DNA of 64,000 nucleotides from positions 3,296,001-3,360,000 of the forward strand of contig OY970223.1 in the NCBI GenBank assembly GCA_963714015.1, in the 5' to 3' direction. Positions 33,550 through 45,919 of the stretch are shown here, in pieces; the first letter of the stretch is position 1; every line of letters begins with the position of its first letter. A model generated the notes under the pieces. The model was not told the origin of the DNA, made no database searches, and saw only the letters and a list, made by a program, of their open reading frames with translations. A program made the position numbers and the translations under genes. The DNA comes from Vulcanimicrobiota bacterium (GTDB taxonomy: Bacteria > Vulcanimicrobiota > Vulcanimicrobiia > Vulcanimicrobiales > Vulcanimicrobiaceae).

Positions 33550-35362
33550 GTCGCGGCCGGCGCGCTCAAGATGACGATCGCGCTGCGCGAGGCGTCGCTC
33601 CAGACGGCCTGTCCGACCAGCGGATCGGTCAGGTGCGAAAATGCCGCTTGTACCTCCTCGCGGGTGCACGCTTGAACGGAACCGGCCGCGCGCAATGCCG
33701 CATCGACCAGCAGCATCGCCGCGTCAAGGGTTAGCAGCGGCGCATTGGCCGGACCGCCTTGCTGCGTCGCGGTGACCTGCGCCTTCCAGCCTTCTTGCCG
33801 AACCAGGTGCGCGACGACCGCGATCCGTTTGCGCACGCCGTGCGTGCGTTCCCAGAGCAGATCGCTCAGCAGGTCGCAGGCAAAGCCCGGCTTGAGCAGT
33901 TGCCGGATTTCGAGCGGCGTCGCGCCCAGCGAGAGCAGCGTGCGCAAATCGGACACCGTGAGCGCCGTGACGCCGTGCGTGTGCAGTTCGGTAACGAGCT
34001 CTTCTTCCTCCGGAAACTCCGGGCCGATGATCGTGTTGTACTGCGCCTTGTACGCGGCAGCGTATTTGGAGGCCTCGACGCAATCGGGCTGCGTCACGAC
34101 GCCTTTGGCCGTTTTACATTCCAGCATGACGCGGTAGCCCAGCACGCCGACTGCGCGTCGGCGTAGCCGTCCGGTGCGAGGTACCCGCCGACGTGCGTTG
34201 CGCCAAAGCCCAAATGCGCAAACGCATCGCAGACCGCGATTTCGAACGCGGCCGGATCGGCGCCGGTCGAAGTAGCCTCTAGACGATCGATGAGCGCTTG
34301 CGTGGTTGCGCCGATCGCCGGCCGCACTTCAGGTTCGAGGTCCGGCCAGTCGTCGGGCGGCTGATTAATTCGGAACGTTCGATCCTGATTCTGCACGATC
34401 AGCGGTTTGCGACCGTGACCGATGGCGCGCGCGATGTACTCGATGAGCGCCGTATACATGTACTTTTTCACCATGTTCGGCTGCACGAGGCCGCGCTTGA
34501 GCGCTTCTTCAAGAATCTGCTGGGCGCTGCGCGCTTTGCCGTCTTCCAGGATGTCGAAGGCGGCCGTGATGGCGCTGCCGCGCGGCTGCGCCAGCATCAG
34601 GGTCGGCGCAGCGTTGATCTGCGCGAACTTTTGCGGCGGAATGGCCGCCACGACGTCACCGAAGACGTCACCGTGGGTCTTCCAGCGCTGCACGAACGCA
34701 TCGGCTTTGAGAGCGCCGTTCAGCGCGTCGAGTTCGTCCCAGCGGAACGGCGTTGCGACGGGGAATCCGTCAGCGCCGCGCAGGCTGTAAGGAAGAACGC
34801 TGAAATGCCAAGGCGCGTTGCTCGAGACGTGAAGATGGACGCGCTTGACGTCGTGCGTGTTGTACTCGGTCGTGAAGAGGTCGGGTCGGCGCGCCACCGC
34901 GTCGTTACAGAACGCGTGCAGCCAGGTGCGAACGTCCTGCGCCGCCGGCGCGTCGGCGAACGGAATCCAAAGTGCGATGCCGTCTTTGCCGTCGAAGAGC
35001 GGCGCCGCTTGCAGTTCGTGCTCAGCGAGCATATCACGCAAGGTTGCGGCCGCGAGGTTCCGACGGGCGGCGTCAGGCGAGCGCTCCAGCAGGATGCGCG
35101 CGAAGCGCAAGCGATCGACCTCATTCGGCACCGGCGCCCAGCCGTGAAACTCGACCGCGAACATGCGATGGCACAGCCAGAGCAGCTTGTTGGTGGACAT
35201 CGGCACATGCGTGCGATGCCAGTGCGGTGCCTGATCAAAACCAGCCGGAAAATTCGCGAAACAAATCGGCTCGTCCGCAAAGTGCTTTGCCATGGTTTCC
35301 GCGACGAGATAGTAATGGGAAAGAACGCGCGTTTCTAACGCGTCATTTAAGAGCAGCGCCAT
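33543..35362 (-). CDS. Inactive LigD-polymerase (AEP)-like domain + HARE-type HTH + Mrr-like PD-(D/E)xK endonuclease fusion (1-nt frameshift ~34150)
   Basis: AVEFHGW, VLPYSLRGADGFPVATPFRWDEL (LigD Pol); AAFDILEDGKARSAQQILEEALKRGL (HTH); FEIAVCDAFAHLGF...APDGYADA|GVLGYRVMLECKT (REase). Confidence 0.7.
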
Positions 35363-35383
35363 AGCCGCCTTAAATTGGCCGCG

Positions 35384-35445
35384 GGGTCCGTCGAGGGCCT
35401 TTAAGGGAGTGTCAGGGTCCCTCGAGGGCCTTTAAGTGAGTGCAA
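35384..35445. repeat. Two tandem 31-bp repeats
   Basis: GGGTCCGTCGAGGGCCTTTAAGGGAGTGTCA / GGGTCCCTCGAGGGCCTTTAAGTGAGTGCAA (27/31 identical). Confidence 0.85.
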
Positions 35446-35772
35446 AGCCCTCGTTAAGACGAAGCGGGCCCCGAGGAGAATCTATCCGTACCTCTTAGCA
35501 GGCGCTATCGCGCATAGGCAACCCCACTTTATCGCGGTTTTACGCCGGCTTCGCTTCTGATTGATGCTCGTAACCGGGCCCGCAGGGGTTGCGCTTTGCT
35601 GCATTTTGGAGCCCCCGATTGCGCGCTTTTGCGTCATCGGCGTCCGCAATAGACGGAACCAACAGTCGATGGTAACGCGGGCCTTAACGCAAATGCCCCT
35701 TGTCCCGATGAGGGCTTCCAACTTGGAATTTCAGGAAATCGTCACCGTTCTTGTCCTTGTGACGACGGGATA

Positions 35773-35867
35773 GGAGTTAAGGCCTTTTAAAACGAGGCCC
35801 CCCTCCTGGGCGCCTCGCGGCGTCGCGGCTAAGTCAATTCGATGGACTTAAGGCCTTCGAAAACGAG
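35773..35867. repeat. Two 24-bp direct repeats
   Basis: GGAGTTAAGGCCTTTTAAAACGAG (35773-35796) / GGACTTAAGGCCTTCGAAAACGAG (35844-35867), 21/24 identical. Confidence 0.75.
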
Positions 35868-35874
35868 CTTCCGC

Positions 35875-36828
35875 CTAAGTCGGGTCAGAGACCGTTGCTA
35901 ATTTTGGACCGATATAGCCGATCAATATTTTGCCGTTAACCCGCTCGTTCCATATGTAATATCGCCAGGCCTGAGGTGTGATTCGGCCGTGAAGCGAAAA
36001 CGTACGTTGTACCCCATCAGGACAACTAAATGTGCGCTCTGCCGCGTAGCGCTGCATAGTTTGATCGCTTTCGCCAGATACATTCTCTCCCAACGTCAAT
36101 TTTGTTAACTGATTGCTAACCAACGTCGGCGCCACATCACTTAGCGCTGTAAGGTGCTTTATCATTTGAAAGAGAATAGGGTCGTTTTTGCTGAGCGCAT
36201 TCAAATTGTCCTTTGCAGACTCGCAAAATGTTAAACCAGGAAAAAGGCCTGCGCGTTGCTCCCAAACATCGCCCCCACAAGTGATACCATGCCTAAGTAT
36301 CCTTGCCGGCTCATTACAGTGGCGTGCCGCATGCTCCACGTTGCTGGCATGCAAAACGCGCTCATCGCGTTCCAGAATCCGGTCACCGTCTAGTACAGTA
36401 CTGCACGAATGACGAGTTCGTGAGTATCCCATGGATGCTCCGCACTCATGCTGACAGCAACTCCTTCGAATAAGAAGGCGAAACCAAGGCCCTTGCATGG
36501 GTTATCCGCAATGGAGAACTCACGAATTAACGTCTGCTCCTTCAGCGCGACCTCCTCATCGGCTATATACGGTGCCGCAGTAGCGACCGTAAGAAATGCG
36601 CGTCTAGTATCCACTTCAACGCCCCTATCGTTGACCCACTTAAGTATCGGATAGTCTGGCGCGATCTCCAACGTGGCTATCGTGTCTTGGGTACGCAAAC
36701 GGTTGTTGAAGCCATTTTTTATTAACCGCAATAATGTCAATGTAAATCGGCCCATCATAGCGCAAGCTGAACGTCGGTCTCGATAGGTCGCAATACCGTC
36801 ACCCGTTTAAGAAAATATCTAAGGGCAC
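35875..36828 (-). pseudogene. Menshen NsnC-like third gene (frameshifted)
   Basis: Starts GTG PLDIFLN; GLGFAFLFEGVAVSM; C-terminus SGESDQTMQRYAAERTFSCPDGVQRTFSLHGRI...ILIGYIGPKL; directly follows the DUF3696 ATPase. Confidence 0.55.
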
Positions 36829-36835
36829 GCGTACC

Positions 36836-37935
36836 CTACACTAACAGCTCTGTCAGGTTCTTTTCCCACTCGTCGAAGAATCCGTCCGGCCACTCGTTTA
36901 TGCGTCCGTTTTTATCCAACTTTGGAGAAACGATCGTCGATCCGGATGTGGGATCGCGCTGAAAATAGTGCAGTGCTATGTCCTCGGGTTGCAGCATTTC
37001 GCGGTGAACGGCCAGTCTCACACCGTTAAGTAAGTGGTCGCTATGCGTTTCTACTATAACCTGCACGCCGCCGAATGCTACTGGGGCGAGCAGCTCCCCC
37101 ATGATGGTTTGTCCTCGTGGGTGCAAGTGGGCCTCGGGGTTTTCAACTATAAACAGCGAGCCCGATATAGCGGCAAGGCTCGCGACTATCACGGGCAGCA
37201 CATACGTAAGTCCGAATCCAACGTTAGTGGCCCGGTAAGGGTTAGATAGGCCCGACGCTGATTCGAAGTGATACGCAAGCCCCACAAGGTCCATTGTGGC
37301 TTGTCGCGCCGTTGTAATACGCGTGCCGGGACAAAAGCTCGCCAAGCCATGCCTCGACTTGATCTTGTAAGCGCGGCGATGGCGCAGACTTTATGCAGTG
37401 TCGACTCGTTCCGTACCGGCTCATCCTTGAAAACATCAAGATAATGGATAGCGAACTCACCGCGTACCCCAACTCTTCGTTGTTGTCGAACGGCATAGTC
37501 AGCCATGACAGAATAAGGGCGCGGCCCCAAACGCTCCGCAGTCAAATAGGTAAACATATCATCAAACAAATTCGACGAATAGCCGTAGGAATTGGGGTCT
37601 CGAGCCAAAGGGCTTAAGACTTCCGCCTCGCGATCGTAATTAAAGGACCACGTAGCACCCCCCCCGCTAAATTGTAAATCGAAGGATATTATGTCATCGG
37701 TAGCGTTCTCGTACAAGGCATCCTTTGCGGAGCCAATTTCAGTCAGTTCTCCGTTTAACGCAAGGCCTATATCTGGCAGGTAACCAACAGAGCGCGACTG
37801 ACGCAGAAGTAGGAGGCTTTGCACAAGCGAAGACTTCCCCATCCCGTTAAGGCCTGAGAGAATCGTCAGTTTACTGAACGGGACTCGACAACGTTCAAAG
37901 CACTTAAAGTTGTGTATAGAAATACTATCCAGCAT
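36836..37935 (-). pseudogene. AAA/ABC ATPase with DUF3696 (Menshen NsnB-like), two frameshifts
   Basis: IHNFKCF, GLNGMGKSS, YLTAERLGPR, NVGFGLTYVLP, ENPEAHLHPRGQ, ETHSDHLLNG, WPDGFFDEWE. Confidence 0.8.
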
Positions 37936-39097
37936 CGAGCACCTTTCTAACTGCCTTCTCAACCTTCTCAAATCTGAAACGAATTCGGTCTGGATTACCG
38001 GTTGCGACTGAGATCGTTTCCTCAAATCGAGTGTTTCGTAGTAGTTCCTCGTATGCGCGCCGGCAATCGTTCTTCCGATTACGTAACAATTGCTGCCGTT
38101 CGATAGGCACTTTTGCTAGATTTACGGACCACGTTTCGAACAGCGCCTTATTAATGGGAGGGCGTGGCAGGCTTCTCTCGCTTGATTTTACGAAATGCAT
38201 TCGCCCCGAAAAGATCGTGTGCGAGAGACATTGTTGATACGAATGACCGCCGAATTTCTTCAATCTCGCTTTGAGGCAAGGTATTTAATTCGCTCATTGC
38301 AGTGCTTAGGAAACTATCGAAGTCGCGCGCTTTGTACGATTTGTATGACATTCGAAAGAACGCGACAAATCGCAAAACGCATTCCCTATCACCCATGCGA
38401 TCATCGCGAATACCGAAGTCCGTTGCGATCCCGAATTCTGGCGCTTTTGCCAATTCGCTAAGTATGTCGCTTGCCTGCCCTTGGTTAAGCGCGTGGCGAA
38501 TCTCTTGAGCGGACAACGGCAAGCCACCCGTATTAATGCGTTTGAACACGGTGTATTTAACAGGTGGAGGCGTACCCTGCTGAATTCGATAAGCTGTAGT
38601 TGTGTTTCGTTAATTCGTCTCTGGATATTCCTTGTGAGATCGTCGTAGCGCTTTCCATCTAAGTTCGTTAGAAACTCCATGTCTTTCAGTCGTAACGACC
38701 GGTCAATTACAAAGCGCTTCAGAGTAATCAGTCGCTGCAGCCCGTCTACGACAAGCCACTTATCGTCATCTGTCGCGTCAAAATAGAATGCTGGAAGCGG
38801 TATTCTAACCAATATTGACTCGATGAGGCGGCTTTGCGTTGTGTCATTCCAGATGCCACCCTTACGCTGAAAGCCAGGGTTGAGATCGATTTCGTTAAGG
38901 GCAATCCGTTGCAACACCAAATCGATCGTCGGCTGCGTTGTTTCCATCCGAACAAGGTTCGGGTCAAACGGCTCAGTTATCGGTGTATCCGCGGAGGTGT
39001 CGTCTTCCTCTATACCGGGCTCAATCTCGTTGATTGACGCTGTACGCCCGGTTAGATCAAACAGTTTGTCCTGCTTCACTCCCATTTGCTTCGCCAT
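37925..39097 (-). pseudogene. DUF262 (ParB-like) protein (Menshen NsnA-like), two frameshifts
   Basis: LNPGFQR, SRLIESIL, VVDGLQRL, FKRINTGGLPLSAQEIRHA, PINKALFETWS. Confidence 0.82.
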
Positions 39098-40852
39098 TTT
39101 CGACAATATCTTGAAGTTTCCGCTGGTTGATTGGGTGCGGACGTCGCCCCGCGCGAATCGCCTGGAGCGCTGCGCGCGACACGCTACTGCGCTCTTGTAG
39201 TGTTTGTAGCGGCATAGCCTTGAGCTTTGGCAGAATCTTCGTGACCCATGCATCGCGCAGATTGTCCGGGTACTCCGTGTAAATGCTGCTCGCGTCCGAG
39301 GTGCTTTGCTGCTCGACCTCTTCCAGGTGATTCGACTCCTTGCCAATGTACCGAACGCAATCAATTGCGACGTGGCGCCGTGCCAGAAGCCCAGTCGTCC
39401 TTTGAGTTGAGGGCTCGCCGTCTGGAGTCGCGCACTTGGATTCCGGATGATATTCGTACGACGTAAGAACGTCATTGTACGTCTTTAGGCCGGCAGCCTT
39501 ACTGTCGCGGGTCGGCAACGTTGATACGCGATAGCGCCGCGCAGAGTACTCATCAATCCACTGTAGTCGTAGCCACTTCATCGGATTCGACTCGTACGGA
39601 GCAATGAGGTGAAAGCGCTCGGGATCGACGCCTAGCGGATGCCCCAATTGCTGAACATGTGCGCTGAGGAGGAAATTGAACGGCTTGATTTGCTTCGCAT
39701 AGTCCTTGCACCGATTGAGCTTTTCAAATAGGCGCGCGACATGCGGGCTGCTCACGGTGATACGACTGACGGCTGGCACGTATGCAAACGTAGCAGGCGT
39801 TGCCTTGAGACCGAACGCCTTGCGAATGATGCGAAGCCATGCATCGGCAACCAATCGCGATCGTCGCCCTCCGGATCGGTAGGGTTGAGCAAATGTCCTA
39901 ATCCATGCTCGGACCAATGGTTCTTGCCATTATTGATACCGGCGCGCAAAAGACTGTGGAACGCCCTTTGCATCCCGAAGAAAGAGCACATAGCGCTTTG
40001 CCGATATCGCGTAACACCACAAGCTGTCGCTGTTTGCCGCTTTTCGGGTCGAAGTTATCGTCTTCGATCTCCAGAATGGAACCTCGCACGGCCTCGCGGT
40101 CGTACGGGTTGAGCCTCGCAAACAAGTCCACAATCTCTTGGACTTGCCCCCAGGAAAGCGCCCGGATTGCCTCCCGCCCGCCGCGCATGCGAAGGGGGCC
40201 GCCAGGACAGGCTACAGGGCCGCCGCCGCGCGTGGCCGCTATCGCCATGGAGTCGGTATCCTCCATTGCGTACGTGCCGCCCCGATCGGTGACAAGGCGC
40301 TCCAGGAGGGACAGGAACAGCCTTCCACCGCTCGTGACCAGCGATGCGAGAGGCGGAAAGCAATACTCGCCAGGCGCTTCGGGATGCGAGACCGCGCACG
40401 CATACGGGCTATCATCGATGCCGTAGCATTGCAGGCGCACTTTCTTATCGGATTCCTGGCGGTCCATTTGCGCAAAAATGCCATAGGCTGTCGCGCTACC
40501 GAACGTCTTGAGGGCTTTATCTAAGCGCTCCCGCTCGGCCGGCTCAATGTCCTTGCGCGACGCGAGACGCTTGCGTTCCTCGATCACCTTTCGGAAAAAA
40601 TCGTCCCTGCGGGGGTTGATCGGGACCCGCCCTCGGAATGCGATCGGCGTCAGTAAATCGACCTCGCCGATCGGTTTGATTCGAAACGCCTCCACGATCC
40701 GAGGGATCTTACCGGTCAGCAAAACCGAGGCGACGAGATCCGGCCACGCATACCAGAGTGCGTCTTCCTGGCGCGAGGCATACAGATAGTTCACACCGAT
40801 TTGCCACGCATTGCTCCCGTACTTTGCTCGCACGGGAAGAACGTCGCCATCC
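39057..40852 (-). pseudogene. Family-B DNA polymerase, casposon-like; N-terminus lost at IS3 junction, three frameshifts
   Basis: Motif B ALKTFGSATAYGIF, FPPLASLVTSGGRL, motif C YAMEDTDS, YAISAKRY, WSEHGLGHLLNP, YIGKESN, C-terminal HTH. Confidence 0.72.
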
Positions 40853-41606
40853 GATCGCAGCGGATTGCCGTTGGAGCACCGCGCTTGACGACGATGCGAT
40901 CCAGTATCCGTACGACGTCCGCAGGCTTTGAATCCAGGCGCGACCTCGATGGCGAGGCATTCGCGCGTGAAGACATCGACGATGTTGAGCAAGCGAAACT
41001 TTCGTCGTTGCTCGCCCTTGAGCGTGTCGTGCATAAAATCCATGCTCCATACTTGATTGGGTCCCGCTGGCGAAAGACGAATGCGCTGCGCCGCCGACCG
41101 CCGCCGGCGTTTCGGTCCTTTGGCCCGTAAATTCAGGCCTTCCAACGTGTAGAGGCGTGCGACGCGCTTGGCGTTGACCTTCCAACCTTCGCGTTGCAAG
41201 AGCACATGGATGCGCCGATAGCCGTACCGCACGCGCGCGGCGGCAATCGCTATTATTCGTCCGCGCAGCACGGTTCAACGCATTGCGCTTGGGTTTGTAC
41301 TGCGGTGATGCGCGATGAATCGTAGCGCCGCGCTTACGCGCCGCTGGCTCACGCCAAACTGTTCTTGCACTTCGCCGGCGAGCTCGCGCTGCTTGGCCGG
41401 CCTCAGAGTTTTTTTTAGAGCACGTCCTGCAACATCGCCTTGTCGAGCGAGAGATCGGCGACCAGGCGTTTGAGCCGCGTATTTTCATCGCGCAGTTCGT
41501 TCATCTCGCGAATCTCGCTCGTGCCGAACTGACCGTATTTTTTCTTCCAAAAGTGAATCGTGTTCTCGTGCACGCCAGCTTGGCGCGCGAGTGCTGCGCT
41601 ATCGGA
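40853..41606 (-). mobile_element. Internal fragment of the same IS3 element (no terminal IRs)
   Basis: Near-identical to 11680-12435 and to the 46812 copy. Confidence 0.88.
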
Positions 41607-41627
41607 TCACGCAAACGCGCGGCGCGC

Positions 41628-42911
41628 TTATAAGACGCTTACCTTTATCGACACGCTGTTGGAGACGTTGTCGCTTATTTTTATCGTGCAATTTCCCGAG
41701 CCCGTAGCCGTTACGGTGAACGTTGAAGCCGAACCGCCTTGAGCGACCGTTGCAACGGCGGTATTCGACGACTTTGCGGTCCATGCGCTTACCGTGCTTT
41801 CACTAACCGTGAGCGTTCCGGTTTGTCCTGCAGCAGTAAACGATAGTTTGAGAGGCGACACAGTCATTGGATTCGTCACGAGTACATCCAGGGCGTTGCC
41901 GCCGAGCGTATCGATCCACACATTTCCGTCAGGCCCCGCGGAAAGGGCATCCACGTTTACCAACTCCGGAAGCGGAGGCGTAAAGATCGTCACGGTTTGG
42001 CTCGCGGTGTTTACCCTGAAGATGTTGTCGTCGGTGCGGCTCGCACACCATGGTTCACCATCGGGGCCACGCGCGCAGAATTGTTCCGTTTCATTTCCCT
42101 CGAACGAACCGCCGATCGGATAAACGGAAATCACTCCGGCCGGAGTGATGCGGCCCATCTGGGGTGCTGAGGCTAAGCATGCAAACCAGACGTTATTGTC
42201 TTTGGCTAAGACAACGGCGGCCGGGGTGCACGACACCGGAATCTGAAACATGCTGATTGTGCCGGTGGACGGAACGATGCGTCCGATCGCGTTTTGCGAC
42301 GATTCGGCGAACCACACGTTGCCGTCGGATCCGGCCGTGACGCCGCCATATTGATTCGTCCCCGGCTGCGTGGGATACGCATATTCCGTAATCACGCCTG
42401 CCGGCGTAACCTTACCGATGTGGTTGACTTCGGCGAACCAAACATTTCCGTCCGGCCCCGCGCCTATTCCGTCGAGCGACGTGTTGTCACCGCTTGGTAT
42501 CGCGATCGACTTCGACTTGCCTGCGGTCGTCGCAACGGCGATGCTTGTCGTCTCGTCGCTTATATAGAATTTCTTGTCGGCGCCGAGAGCCAACGAAACC
42601 GGACTGCCGCCAAGCGAGCCCGAGAGAGAGAATTCTTTGACGATTCCGGCCATCGAAACGCGCGCCAGCGCGCCCGCACCTTCGTCAAGGAACCACATAT
42701 TGCCGTCGGGACCCGCCACGATTGCCGCACCCTGTCCGCCGGCGCCCTTCAACGCAAACCGTACGTATTGCGCGCCTTTTCCTTTTTGTGCCACGTCGGG
42801 CCGTAACGAAGAAAGCGAGGGCAGTGACGAAGCGGTCCCGCTAGTGTGAGCGCCGCAAGCGGCGCATATACAAGCCAACAGCGCAAGGGACGCGAGGCGA
42901 TAGTTGGTCAT
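41628..42911 (-). CDS. Secreted Vgb-lyase-like beta-propeller with C-terminal Ig-like domain
   Basis: Lipobox CAAC; repeated AGPDGNxWF blades; WTAKSSNTAVATV. Confidence 0.8.
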   Translation of the reverse strand: MTNYRLASLALLACICAACGAHTSGTASSLPSLSSLRPDVAQKGKGAQYVRFALKGAGGQGAAIVAGPDGNMWFLDEGAGALARVSMAGIVKEFSLSGSLGGSPVSLALGADKKFYISDETTSIAVATTAGKSKSIAIPSGDNTSLDGIGAGPDGNVWFAEVNHIGKVTPAGVITEYAYPTQPGTNQYGGVTAGSDGNVWFAESSQNAIGRIVPSTGTISMFQIPVSCTPAAVVLAKDNNVWFACLASAPQMGRITPAGVISVYPIGGSFEGNETEQFCARGPDGEPWCASRTDDNIFRVNTASQTVTIFTPPLPELVNVDALSAGPDGNVWIDTLGGNALDVLVTNPMTVSPLKLSFTAAGQTGTLTVSESTVSAWTAKSSNTAVATVAQGGSASTFTVTATGSGNCTIKISDNVSNSVSIKVSVL

Positions 42912-43189
42912 AAAATGACCTCCGCAGCGACTAGAGAGTCGAAGCGTTCGTTGAGCCGCCATAAGCGCCTGTGTTTGGAATGGTTCAAAAGGCTCACTCG
43001 CGCGTGGGCTCTTCGCGCGAAAGGGCCTGCGCCGCCCGCCTAGCGCGCTTTTCATCGGGGGTGAGGTCCAGTGCGCGGCGTCGGTTACTTTCGGCTATCT
43101 TAGCGCCGCGTATCTTTGCCGCCTCTCCCGCATGGCCAGGGCTAAAACCGCGGTTAAGCCTTGTTTGTGCTATTGAAATCGATAACCAG

Positions 43190-43901
43190 AATGGATAATG
43201 CTGGGCGGAAGCGGCTATCCGGGTGGTTGTCGAAATCAGCAACTCCGGATTCGTAGCGAGTATCACGCCGGAAACTGATTCGTCGAATCCATGGATCACG
43301 CAATATCCCTCAGGCGCATCAACTACGTCAGGACACGCCATCGCGCTCGACCAACAACTTTGGAGAATTTCAACTCCTAAAATTGCGAATCCGGATGGCG
43401 TGCAAATCATCAACAAGGCGAGCGGCTTCGCAATAGACTTGCCGATCGGAGGCACCGAAGCAAGTCGGGCTGAAGCGATGCACGCGGGCAGGAAGATACA
43501 GGAATATTCGATTAACAATGCCGCCAATCAGCAATGGGCATTTGAGGCCTACCTCGGGAAATGGTTTACCCCAAGTCGCAATCACCGGCATTAACGAAGG
43601 GACGTACAGTACTTTGTCGATAAACGGGAGCGGCTTCAGCGACTATGTAGGACAAGAAGTCTACTACTGGTTGGATAGTACGCTACCGAGCATTGTAGAC
43701 TACGGGTTCCCTGAGCGCGCAGGGATTCGAGTGAGCAGTGCTGGCGATTTTACGACGTCATGGACGCAACCGTTCTCGGCGACGTTGTCGCAGCAAGATG
43801 CCCAAAGTAATTGGGTTGTATTACATGTGGAAGACTCCGCTAGGGGACTACTGGCACTTGGCTCCATACAGATATCCTATTGGGTCGGAACACCGAAATG
43901 A
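43190..43901 (+). pseudogene. Ricin-B lectin domain protein fragment (frameshift ~43565)
   Basis: DQQLW, QIINKASGFAIDL, IQEYSINNAANQQW. Confidence 0.55.
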
Positions 43902-44001
43902 ATTCAAAGATGGTTTAAACCATCGACGTGTCGCGGGGGTCAGCCGCGGATGTTGTTGACGCCGGGCGAAAATTGACCCACTTTCCTAGCGGATCGCCGG
44001 T

Positions 44002-45814
<1,813 letters not shown>

Positions 45815-45919
45815 CGCGAACTAGTGTTCGCGCAGAGTCAGGTGGGTCAATTTTCATCCGGCGGGGTGGATCAATTTTACTCCGGCGCTAACAGTAATGG
45901 ATATAACGTCTCTGAAGGC

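Noticed and set aside
35384..35445. CRISPR array
   Set aside because: Only two abutting repeats with no spacers and no cas operon; kept as a repeat finding instead
39898..41271. 457-aa transposase-polymerase fusion ORF
   Set aside because: Chance in-frame junction of a truncated IS3 orfB with truncated PolB at 40852/40853
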